Source of the DNA: Rhodocyclaceae bacterium
GTDB lineage: Bacteria > Pseudomonadota > Gammaproteobacteria > Burkholderiales > Rhodocyclaceae
Direction of reading: 5' to 3'
Assembly: GCA_023383815.1 (NCBI GenBank)
Contig: JAHDYG010000008.1
Coordinates: 35,474-99,473 of the forward strand
Length of the DNA stretch: 64,000 nucleotides
Part shown: piece after piece, positions 30,939-38,972 of the stretch
Numbering within the stretch: position 1 is the first letter of the stretch
Layout: each line of letters starts with the position of its first letter
Notes under the pieces: model-generated
Seen by the model: only the letters and a program-made list of their open reading frames with translations
Database searches by the model: none
What the model was told of the DNA's origin: nothing
Made by a program: the position numbers and the translations under genes

Positions 30939-32069
30939 ATGAGCGGGGGTCAGGACCTGGAGGAAGACGCCTCCGACCGCCGCGTGCCGGTACTGCTGTT
31001 GACCGGCTTTCTCGGGGCCGGCAAGACGACGCTCTTGAACCATCTGCTGGCGCAGCCGGAGATGGCTGGCACCGCGGTGCTGATCAACGAGTTCGGCGAG
31101 GTCGGCGTCGACCATCATCTGGTCCGGAAGGTCGATGAAACGCTCGTCGTGCTCGATTCGGGCTGCATCTGCTGCAGCGTGCAGGGCGACCTGGTGCGGG
31201 CGCTCAAGGATCTCTTCCGGCGCGCACAGAGCCGCGAGATCGCTCCGATCCACCGGGTGCTGATCGAGACCACCGGACTCGCCGACCCGGCACCGGTCAT
31301 CTACACCCTGATGGAAGAGCCCTTCATCAGCGCCCGCTACCGCTGCGAGGGCGTGCTCACGGCCGTGGACGCGACCCATGCCGAAGGGCAGCTCGGAAGC
31401 CACCGCGAAGCGGTGCGCCAGGTGGCGATGGCTGACCGCCTGCTGGTCACCAAGTGCGATCTGGTTTCCGGCGTCGAGCGTGGCGCGCTCGCCGAGCGGC
31501 TGGCGGGGCTGAATCCGGGGGCGCCGCAGATCGAGGTGTTCGAGGGCAGGGTGCCGCTCGAAGCGTTTGCCTGCTGCGGGCTCTACGATCCCGCCGGCAA
31601 GACGCCCGACGTTGCCACGTGGCTCGGTGACGAGGCGGTGCGCGCGCAGGCGGAGCGCGCCGTGGCCGCGCGAGCGTGGCGACGCCCCGGTGCGCGTGGT
31701 GCGGGGAGCGGCGGACACGAAGCGCCCCGGCACGACGCAGCGGTAACGAGTTTCGTGCTGTGCTTCGACGAGCCGCTCGACTGGCTTGGGTTTACCGATG
31801 GCCTGGGGTTGATCCTGCAGGTCTACGGCGATCGCATCCTGCGCATCAAGGGCCTCCTCAACGTCGCCGGCGATCCGCTGCCGCGTGTCGTGCAGTGCGT
31901 CCAGCATGTCGCCTACCCGCCCGCGAGTCTCGCCGCGTGGCCTGCAGACCCGCCCTACGACGACCACCGCAGCCGGCTTGTCTTCATCGTCCGCGAACTC
32001 GCGCAAAGCGAGGTCGAGAACATTCTCGGCAGCCTGTGCGGCCAGGCCCCGCGCGATCCGGTGGCCTGA
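30939..32069 (+). CDS. COG0523 (CobW/ZigA/YeiR-family) metallochaperone GTPase
   Basis: 376 aa. Walker A GFLGAGKTTLLN, CxCC motif GCICCSV, and ETTGLADP. Confidence 0.85.
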   Translation: MSGGQDLEEDASDRRVPVLLLTGFLGAGKTTLLNHLLAQPEMAGTAVLINEFGEVGVDHHLVRKVDETLVVLDSGCICCSVQGDLVRALKDLFRRAQSREIAPIHRVLIETTGLADPAPVIYTLMEEPFISARYRCEGVLTAVDATHAEGQLGSHREAVRQVAMADRLLVTKCDLVSGVERGALAERLAGLNPGAPQIEVFEGRVPLEAFACCGLYDPAGKTPDVATWLGDEAVRAQAERAVAARAWRRPGARGAGSGGHEAPRHDAAVTSFVLCFDEPLDWLGFTDGLGLILQVYGDRILRIKGLLNVAGDPLPRVVQCVQHVAYPPASLAAWPADPPYDDHRSRLVFIVRELAQSEVENILGSLCGQAPRDPVA

Positions 32070-32081
32070 ACGCGCGCCTCC

Positions 32082-33518
32082 TCATCCCCCGAGCTGCTGG
32101 CGTGCGAGTTCGCCGAGGGTGAAGAGCGCGTGCAGATGACGCTCCGAGAATGCGTGGCAGGCCGACAGACGCAGGTGGCGGGTGTGGCGTCCGGAAGGGG
32201 CGAACAGGCTCCCCGGGGTGATGCTGATCCCGCGCCGCAGGGCGGCGTCGAACAGCCGGTTGGTATCGCATCCCTCGGGCAGTTCGACCCACACGAGAAA
32301 GCCACCCGTCGGTTCCGTGGCGAGCGTGCCGGCCGGAAAGGCCTGGTCGACGAGCCCGCGCAGGCGGTCGACATCGGCGGCATTGCTGCGGCGTAGCCGC
32401 CGCAGGTGCTGGGCGTAGCCGCCGCTTTCGAGAAAGGCGCCAAGCGCTTCGCCGAGCAGGGCCGGCTGCGCGACCGACGAGCAGAACTTGAGTTCGGCGA
32501 TCCGCTGCTGGAAGCGCCCGGCTTCGATCCAGCCCAGTCGGAATCCGGGCGCCAGCGTCTTGGTGTAGGACGCGCAGGCGATCACCCAGCCGTCGCGGTC
32601 GAAGGCCTTTACCGCCGGCTGCAGGGGTGTGGCGTACTGCAGCTCGGCGTACAGGGCATCCTCGATCAGCGGCACGCGGTATTCGTTGACCAGTGCCGCG
32701 AGGCGCTCCTTGGCGGCGACCGGCATGCTGGTGCCGAGCGGGTTGTGCACGTTGGGCATCGCGATCACGGCCTGCACGCGCTGCTCCGACATCAGCAGTT
32801 CGAGGGCGTCGAGCGAGAGCCCGCGGCCCGGGTGGGTGGGCAGCTCGATCGTCTTCAGGCCGAGCTGGTTCGCGAGCGGAATCAGATTGAAGTAGGTCGG
32901 CGATTCCAGCGCGATCGTGTCGCCGGGACGGGTCACGCCACGCAGCGCGAGCTGCAGCGCCTCCATGCAGCCGTTTGTGAGGATCACGTCCTCGGGCACC
33001 AAGTCCATGCCCAGATCGCGGGCGTGACGGCAGATCTCGCGGCGCAGCCGCAGCGGCCCCGGTGGCAGGCTGTAGTCGGTGAGCAAGGCCGGGCGGCGGC
33101 GCACGCAGTCGGCGATGAGGCGCGCAAGTGCTCGACCGGGATAGGCGTCGCTGTCACGCGGGCAGGCGAGCGACAGGTCGATCGTCTCGGGGTCGGCCTG
33201 GGCGGCGATCACGGTCGTGATGCGGTCGAGCACCGCCGTTTCGGCCGGGGCGGCGTGCGCCGAGCGGCCGGGCATCCGCTGCGGTGGCGAGGGCAGACGC
33301 GAACGCACGAAATGGCCCGACTGCGGACGGGCTTCGAGCAGACCACGCGCTTCGAGCTGGCGGTAGGCTGCGATCACCGTGTTGATGCTCAGGCCTCGGC
33401 TACGGGCGGTTTCGCGTACCGAGGGCAGGCGGCTGCCGGGCGGCAGGCGCCCGTCGTTCATCGCACTGCGCAGTTCGTCGGCGAGCGACTGGTAGAGCGG
33501 GGTCGGGGTCGATTGCAT
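32082..33518 (-). CDS. MocR/GabR/PdxR-family regulator (GntR HTH fused to a PLP aminotransferase-like domain)
   Basis: ATG at 33518-33516, 478 aa. N-terminal wHTH (LPSVRETARSRGLSINTVIAAYRQLEARG) and a fold-type-I aminotransferase-like C-domain. Confidence 0.85.
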   Translation of the reverse strand: MQSTPTPLYQSLADELRSAMNDGRLPPGSRLPSVRETARSRGLSINTVIAAYRQLEARGLLEARPQSGHFVRSRLPSPPQRMPGRSAHAAPAETAVLDRITTVIAAQADPETIDLSLACPRDSDAYPGRALARLIADCVRRRPALLTDYSLPPGPLRLRREICRHARDLGMDLVPEDVILTNGCMEALQLALRGVTRPGDTIALESPTYFNLIPLANQLGLKTIELPTHPGRGLSLDALELLMSEQRVQAVIAMPNVHNPLGTSMPVAAKERLAALVNEYRVPLIEDALYAELQYATPLQPAVKAFDRDGWVIACASYTKTLAPGFRLGWIEAGRFQQRIAELKFCSSVAQPALLGEALGAFLESGGYAQHLRRLRRSNAADVDRLRGLVDQAFPAGTLATEPTGGFLVWVELPEGCDTNRLFDAALRRGISITPGSLFAPSGRHTRHLRLSACHAFSERHLHALFTLGELARQQLGG

Positions 33519-33547
33519 GGCACGGGGCACAGTTGAGGTTCGGAAGG

Positions 33548-33614
33548 CTGGGTACAGTCGTCGATAATCACAACTGTAACCAGTATAGAGCGTTGTTTCT
33601 GGTGCTGTAACCAG
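33548..33614. promoter_or_regulatory. Repeat set CTGGGTACAG / CTGTAACCAG / CTGTAACCAG (candidate MocR operator)
   Basis: Two perfect direct 10-mers at 33574-33583 and 33605-33614, 31 bp apart. One inverted 9/10 copy lies at 33548-33557. All sit in the divergent mocR/lysE intergenic region. Confidence 0.4.
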
Positions 33615-33663
33615 CGTTGGGAGCGCCCTACAGTGGACGCACGTCCTGACCCGGGAGCCCGCC

Positions 33664-34263
33664 ATGCTCGATCTTCCGCTGATGACCTACGTGGTCACGA
33701 TGTCCGTCACGCCCGGACCGAACAACCTGATGCTGGCCGCCAGCGGCGTGAACTTCGGATTCCGCCGCACCGTTCCGCACCTGCTCGGCGTGAGCCTCGG
33801 CCATGCGCTGCAGGTGGTCCTGGTGGGGGGCATGATCGCCGGCGTGATGATGTGGCTCGACACCCTGCGCCTGCCGTTGGTCGCGGCCGGCTGCGGCTAT
33901 CTCCTGTGGCTCGCGTGGCGTCAGGCGCGCGCCGGGCAGCCGGGTCGGAGCGGGCGTGTGCAGCCGCTCGGGTTTCTCGGTGCTGCGGCCTTTCAGTGGG
34001 TGAATCCGAAAGCGTGGATGATGGTCGTCAACGTCGCGATCCTGTTCCTGCCGCGCGAGGCGGACTGGGGCACAGCGCTCGCGCTCGGGGCTTTCTGCGC
34101 AGTGGTGAACCTGCCGTGCATCGCGCTGTGGGCGATTGCCGGCGACCGCATGCGGCGCTGGCTTGGCGAGCCGGACGCGCTGCGGCGCTTCAACTACACC
34201 ATGGCGACCCTGCTCGCGGCGACCGCGGGCTGGATCGCCTTCGATGAGGCCGTGCTGTTGTGA
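33664..34263 (+). CDS. LysE/RhtB-family amino-acid exporter
   Basis: 199 aa, multi-TM, with the N-terminal TPGPNN motif. Confidence 0.85.
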   Translation: MLDLPLMTYVVTMSVTPGPNNLMLAASGVNFGFRRTVPHLLGVSLGHALQVVLVGGMIAGVMMWLDTLRLPLVAAGCGYLLWLAWRQARAGQPGRSGRVQPLGFLGAAAFQWVNPKAWMMVVNVAILFLPREADWGTALALGAFCAVVNLPCIALWAIAGDRMRRWLGEPDALRRFNYTMATLLAATAGWIAFDEAVLL

Positions 34264-34378
34264 CGTGCCGCCATGTGGCGAGGCTGGAGTGTGCCGCCAT
34301 GGTGGGCGCTGCCGGCCCGCGATTGCCGGGTTGCGGGCCGACGCCGTACAATTCGCGGTCTCTGGGAAAGGACCCGAA

Positions 34379-34567
34379 ATGGCGATCTACGAATCCGAAC
34401 ACACGAAGTTCATGCGCGAGTGGCTGGAAAAGCACCCGCGTGAAGCCGAGGAACAGAAGGCGGGCCGCGCCCTGTGGTGGGACAAGCCGCAGGACGCCGA
34501 TGCGCAGCGGCGCTACGGCCAGGCGGCGGTGCCGGTGCGGCCGTACTACTACGACGTGAACCACTGA
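34379..34567 (+). CDS. Small conserved protein (DUF3460-like)
   Basis: ATG 34379 inside ORF 34136..34567, 62 aa: MAIYESEHTKFMREWLEKHP...YYYDVNH. Composition is coding-like. The family call is from memory. Confidence 0.6.
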   Translation: MAIYESEHTKFMREWLEKHPREAEEQKAGRALWWDKPQDADAQRRYGQAAVPVRPYYYDVNH

Positions 34568-34596
34568 CCTGCAGCGGGCGATCCGCCCGTTGCAGG
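34568..34596 (+). terminator. 13-bp stem / 3-nt loop hairpin immediately after the small gene
   Basis: CCTGCAGCGGGCG-ATC-CGCCCGTTGCAGG (one G-U pair), followed by TGTTGTG. Confidence 0.45.
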
Positions 34597-36029
34597 TGTT
34601 GTGCACCCGAGTGTCCCTGCCCGACCCGCTGGTCCTGATCGATCTCGAAACGACGGGAGCCAATCCGGTCGCCGATCGCATCACCGAGATCGCCCTGCTG
34701 CGAATCGAGGGCGGCGAGCTCGTCGAGCGCTGGCAGAGCCTCGTCAATCCCGAGCGACCGATTCCGGGAATGATCCAGCGCATCATCGGCATCACCGATG
34801 CGATGGTCGCGCAGGCCCCCGTCTTTGCCGAGCTGGCCGACCGGCTGCGCGCTTTGCTCGACGGCGCCGTGTTCGTCGCCCACAACGCCCGGTTCGACTA
34901 CGGATTCCTGAGTAACGAGTATGGACGGCTCGGCCAGCGCTTCGAGGCGCCGGTCCTCTGCACGGTGAAGCTGTCGCGGGCGCTGTATCCCGAATTCCAC
35001 CGCCACGGTCTCGACGCGCTGATCGAGCGCCACGGCTTCGTCTGCGAGGCGCGTCACCGCGCGATGGGCGATGCCGAGGTGCTGCAGCAGTTCCTGGCCC
35101 AGGTATCCGACGCATTTTCCACCGAGACGCTCGCGCGCGCCTGCGCCAAGGCGATGAAGGCGCCGCCACGCCCACCCGGTCTGCCCGTGGGGGTGGTCGA
35201 GGGCCTGCCCGACGCGCCGGGGGTCTACGTCCTGTTCGATGAACGGGATCGACCCTTGTACGTCGGTCGGGCGATGAGCCTGCGCGCCCGGGTCATGGAG
35301 CAGTTTGCCGCAGGCAGGGGCGCACGCGCCGATGCTGCGATGCTGGAGCGGGTGCGAAGGCTGGACTGGCAGCCCGTCGCGGGAGAATTGAGCGGCCAGC
35401 TGCAGGAGCTGGCGCTGCAGCGCCAGCACGACCTGCCGCGTGAGCGGCCCGCGCACGGACGGCCAACGAATGACGCGTCGTTCGGCCTGCGCCTGATTCC
35501 GAACCGCAAGCGGCCGCCGATTCTTGAGCGGGTCGCGCTGACGGGCACCGATCCGGTGCACTGGCAGGACGTCCACGGCGTGTTTCGCGCGCCGCGCGAG
35601 GCCGATGCGATGCTGCGCGAGCTGGCGCAGATCTACCAGCTCTGCCCGCGCCGCCTGGGCCTCGAAGAGAACGGCAAGGGGCCGTGCACGGCCCATCTCG
35701 CACACCGCTGCGCCGGTGTGTGCGCTGGCCGCGAGACGATCGCCGAGCACGATCGACGTTTGCTGGGTGCGCTGGGATCGGTGGCGCTCGCGAGCTGGCC
35801 CTGGCCGGGGCCGGTCGTCGTGCGCGAGTCGTGGCCCGAGTCCGGGCTTTCGGCCTGGCATGTGTTCGACCGCTGGTGCCACCTTGGCAGCGGGGAGGAA
35901 GAAGCCGGGTTGCGCGCCCTGCTGGCGCAATCGGTTCCGCGCCGCTTCGACCCGGCACTGGCGCGCATCCTGATCCGCTGGCTGGCACAGCCGGAACATC
36001 GCGAGCGGGTTGAGCCGCTGGGTGCGTAA
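34590..36029 (+). CDS. DnaQ-like 3'-5' exonuclease fused to a GIY-YIG / UvrC-N-terminal-like nuclease (Cho-like)
   Basis: Exo motifs LIDLETTG, FVAHNARFDYGFL and HRAMGDAE. GIY-YIG region GVYVLFDERDRPLYVGRA and a UvrC-like Cys region CTAHLAHRCAGVC. The start is uncertain (TTG 34590, GTG 34596 or GTG 34611). Confidence 0.75.
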   Translation: MQVLCTRVSLPDPLVLIDLETTGANPVADRITEIALLRIEGGELVERWQSLVNPERPIPGMIQRIIGITDAMVAQAPVFAELADRLRALLDGAVFVAHNARFDYGFLSNEYGRLGQRFEAPVLCTVKLSRALYPEFHRHGLDALIERHGFVCEARHRAMGDAEVLQQFLAQVSDAFSTETLARACAKAMKAPPRPPGLPVGVVEGLPDAPGVYVLFDERDRPLYVGRAMSLRARVMEQFAAGRGARADAAMLERVRRLDWQPVAGELSGQLQELALQRQHDLPRERPAHGRPTNDASFGLRLIPNRKRPPILERVALTGTDPVHWQDVHGVFRAPREADAMLRELAQIYQLCPRRLGLEENGKGPCTAHLAHRCAGVCAGRETIAEHDRRLLGALGSVALASWPWPGPVVVRESWPESGLSAWHVFDRWCHLGSGEEEAGLRALLAQSVPRRFDPALARILIRWLAQPEHRERVEPLGA

Positions 36030-36031
36030 AC

Positions 36032-36070
36032 GTTCAGCGCCCGCGGGCCGTGCGGCTGCGGGCGCTGAAC
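36032..36070. terminator. Perfect 13-bp inverted repeat between convergent genes
   Basis: GTTCAGCGCCCGC-N13-GCGGGCGCTGAAC, located between the exonuclease stop (36029) and the crp-like stop (36103). Confidence 0.5.
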
Positions 36071-36102
36071 GGTCCGGGGCGCTTCCCGGACGGAGGAGCC
36101 GG

Positions 36103-36792
36103 TCAGGCGGCGAGGCTTTGCAGGCCGTTGAGGTCGGTCAGCATGATGGCCCGACGGCCGCGCGGCAGGATGAAGCCCTCGCGCGTGAGCCGGTTGAGTA
36201 CGCGCGAGAAGCTCTCCGGCGTCATGTTGAGCTGCGAGGCGATGGTCTGTTTCTTCGATGACAGGCGCACTTCGATCGCATCGGAGGCGCGGCTCGCGTG
36301 CTTGACGAGGTAATGGGCGACACGCTGTGCGCCGCTGCGCTGTTCGCACTGTTCGATGTCGGTCACCAGATCGAAGATGCGGTCGGACAGCCTGGCCAGG
36401 AGCGCACGTGCGATCGCCGGATTGGCGTCCATCGCTTCCTGGAGCGCGCGCTGCGGAATGAACACGACTACACTGTCGCGGGTGGCCTGGGCGGCCAGCG
36501 ACTGCGGCTTGTTGCCGAAGGCGCCTTCCTCACAGAAAGTGTCGCCTTGCGCAGCAAGCCGGACGATGCGTTCTGCCCCTGCGCTGGAGATGAGAAACAG
36601 CTTGACCTCGCCTTCGACAACCAGAAACATCCCGGACGGGCGGTCGCCACGGTGTACGATGATCTCGCTGCTGCCGAGACGGCGCATGCGCGCCCCGCGT
36701 GCCAGCATCTCGATGGCTTCCGCGCGCAGGCCGTCGAACGGTTCGATACCGGAAAGGGCCTGCTCGATGAAGGACTGCGTTCCTGTCGTCAT
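36103..36792 (-). CDS. Crp/Fnr-family transcription regulator without an N-terminal Cys cluster (Dnr/Nnr-like)
   Basis: 229 aa with a cNMP-binding-like barrel and the HTH QTIASQLNMTPESFSRVLNRL (E-SR recognition motif). It has no Fnr-type Cys cluster. Confidence 0.85.
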   Translation of the reverse strand: MTTGTQSFIEQALSGIEPFDGLRAEAIEMLARGARMRRLGSSEIIVHRGDRPSGMFLVVEGEVKLFLISSAGAERIVRLAAQGDTFCEEGAFGNKPQSLAAQATRDSVVVFIPQRALQEAMDANPAIARALLARLSDRIFDLVTDIEQCEQRSGAQRVAHYLVKHASRASDAIEVRLSSKKQTIASQLNMTPESFSRVLNRLTREGFILPRGRRAIMLTDLNGLQSLAA

Positions 36793-36895
36793 GGCTGGAT
36801 GCTCCTGGGTGAATCGGTTTCGAGCTGAACGATCTTGGTGCAGCGTAGTGTAGGGATTGAAAACCCTCCCCGGAATGGGGCGAAATGATGCGATC

Positions 36896-36922
36896 TACCC
36901 CTCGGATACCTCTTTGGAGGTA
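36896..36922. promoter_or_regulatory. NarL-type heptamers: TACCCCT plus a 7-2-7 site TACCTCT-TT-GGAGGTA
   Basis: Matches the TACYYMT consensus at 36896-36902 and 36907-36913. An inverted partner lies at 36916-36922 with 2-bp spacing. The sites are in the crp-like/narX divergent region. Confidence 0.45.
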
Positions 36923-37000
36923 TGGGTGGTAATTGATAACATCTTGATTTATAAAAGTAGTTCGATCATGGGATAAAGTTTCGATCGAATATGGTGCAGA

Positions 37001-37007
37001 AGAGGTA
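37001..37007 (-). promoter_or_regulatory. Additional NarL-type heptamer (TACCTCT on minus strand)
   Basis: AGAGGTA on the plus strand, 34 bp upstream of the narX ATG. Confidence 0.25.
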
Positions 37008-37040
37008 TCCCCACAGACACGCTGGCGCAAGGATGGGTCG

Positions 37041-38972
37041 ATGAACGTTCCGCCGGGACCGGGATGGCGTCGCCTTCTGGCCGGACGCGCGACCCTGCTG
37101 CTGGTGGTTGCAGCCTTTCTCGCGGTCACGCTGATCGGTGTCGTCGGCATGACGGCATCCGTGCTGATCTCGCAGACGCTGCAGGCCAGCGTGACGGCCG
37201 TGAACCTCGCGGGCAACCTGCGCCGCCAGTCGTTGCGCGTGAGCAATCTGGTGATGGCCGAGGCGCTCGGCGGCCGGGTCGGGCGGGCCGACATCCGCGG
37301 TGCGATCGACGAGTTCGAGATCGCGCTCGTGCATCCTCAGTTGCTCGAAGTCATCGAACGCGAACAGGGCAGCGCTCCGGTGGCCTTGTACCGCGGCGTG
37401 GCGGCGACCTGGCGCGAGCGCATCCGCGGCGATCTGCTGGAACTGTCGGCGCGTCCAGAAGGGGTGTTTCTGCCCACCGCGCGCTATGAGGCAGCCTTGG
37501 TCGAAGTCGAGGAGTTCATCGATCAGGTCAATGCGATGGTCCATGTGCTCGAAATGGATGCCGAACGGCGCGTGCGGCAGTTGCGCACGATTCTCGGCGT
37601 GGCGCTCGTCCTGACCGTCGGCGTGGTTCTCGTCGCGATGGTGCTGGTGCGCCGGCGGGTGTTCCTGCCGCTGGAGGATCTGCGTGAAGCGGCGCAGAGG
37701 ATCGCACGCCGGGATTTCTCGGCGCGCAGCGCATACTCCGGATCGGATGAGCTGGGGCAGCTCGGCGAGGCGTTCAACTCGATGGCGGCGGAGCTTTCCG
37801 GCGCCTACGCCGATCTCGAGAAGCGGGTCGCGGAGAAGACGGCGGATCTGGTGCGCACGAACCAGTCGCTCGACCTGCTGTATCGCGTGATCGCGCGTCT
37901 GTATCACGCTCCGGCGAGCGCTGAATCCTATGCCGAAGCCATGACGGACATCGAGCGCACCCTGGCCCTGAAGGGGTGCGGGGTCTGCGTGCATTCCAAG
38001 TATGGTGGCCCGGCAACCCTGCTATTCTCCAGTCTCGGCGGCTGTCCCGGGCTCGACCGCAGTGTTCCCGATGCCAGCGAACGGTGCCCGGGGCGGACGG
38101 TGCCATGGTCCTACGTGCGAGAGGATGGCAACGACGTGCTGCGTGTGCCGCTGCGCGATGCCGACAACTTCTACGGGGTCCTGCGGCTCGTGCTGCCGCC
38201 CGGAGAACGGCTTGCCGGATGGCAGACGACCTTGGTCGAAGCCCTGTCGCGCCACATGGCGATTGCGCTCGGCATCTCGCGCCAGACCGAACGTGAGCGC
38301 CTGATCGCACTGCAGGAGGAGCGCTCGGTGATTGCGCGCGAGCTGCATGATTCGATTGCCCAGGCGCTGTCCTACATGAAGATCCAGGCCAGTCTGCTGC
38401 AGCCCGTCCTGTCCGACCCGCAGCGCCACGAGGCGGCGAGTGAGCTGTTGAACGGTCTGCGCGAAGGGATCAATGCAGCCTACCGGCAACTGCGTGAGTT
38501 GCTGACCAGCTTCCGCCTCAAGATCGAGGGTGACTTCGAGCGCCTGCTGCACGCGACCGCTGAAGAGTTCTCGGCACGCAGCGGCATCCCGGTCGATGTC
38601 GACCATGAACTGGCCGGGATGAGCCTGGGTGCGAACCAGGAGATCCACGTCCTGCACATCATCCGCGAGGCGCTGTCGAACGCGACCCGTCACGCCGACG
38701 CACGCCGCATCTCGGTCGTGCTGGCGCGGCAGGCGGACGACCTCGTGTCGGTCGTGATCGCCGACGACGGCAAGGGCTTCGACGCTGGCGACGGGTCCGG
38801 ACTGCACCACTATGGCCTCGCCATCATGGCCGAGCGGGCGCAAAGCCTCGGCGGACGCCTCGAAATCGATTCCGCTCCGGGTCGTGGCACCCGCCTGACC
38901 GTCCTGTTCGATCCTTCGCGCCCACCGCGCGAACCCCTCCTGTTTGAAGACACTGCCGACCACAATGAGTGA
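37041..38972 (+). CDS. narX: Nitrate/nitrite sensor histidine kinase NarX
   Basis: 643 aa with two TM segments flanking a periplasmic domain, a HAMP domain, the HisKA_3 box IARELHDSIAQALS, and a HATPase domain. Confidence 0.9.
   Translation: MNVPPGPGWRRLLAGRATLLLVVAAFLAVTLIGVVGMTASVLISQTLQASVTAVNLAGNLRRQSLRVSNLVMAEALGGRVGRADIRGAIDEFEIALVHPQLLEVIEREQGSAPVALYRGVAATWRERIRGDLLELSARPEGVFLPTARYEAALVEVEEFIDQVNAMVHVLEMDAERRVRQLRTILGVALVLTVGVVLVAMVLVRRRVFLPLEDLREAAQRIARRDFSARSAYSGSDELGQLGEAFNSMAAELSGAYADLEKRVAEKTADLVRTNQSLDLLYRVIARLYHAPASAESYAEAMTDIERTLALKGCGVCVHSKYGGPATLLFSSLGGCPGLDRSVPDASERCPGRTVPWSYVREDGNDVLRVPLRDADNFYGVLRLVLPPGERLAGWQTTLVEALSRHMAIALGISRQTERERLIALQEERSVIARELHDSIAQALSYMKIQASLLQPVLSDPQRHEAASELLNGLREGINAAYRQLRELLTSFRLKIEGDFERLLHATAEEFSARSGIPVDVDHELAGMSLGANQEIHVLHIIREALSNATRHADARRISVVLARQADDLVSVVIADDGKGFDAGDGSGLHHYGLAIMAERAQSLGGRLEIDSAPGRGTRLTVLFDPSRPPREPLLFEDTADHNE

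Noticed and set aside
34265-34301. An 11-bp direct repeat GTGCCGCCATG (34265-34275 and 34291-34301) after the lysE-family gene.
   Set aside because: It is short and GC-rich with no partner motifs and no associated regulator. It is likely chance in a genome of this composition.
36932-36950. A TTGATAACATCTTGAT sequence as an Fnr box in the crp-like/narX region.
   Set aside because: Only the first half-site matches TTGAT. The second half (TCTTG or AAAAG, depending on register) is a poor match to ATCAA.
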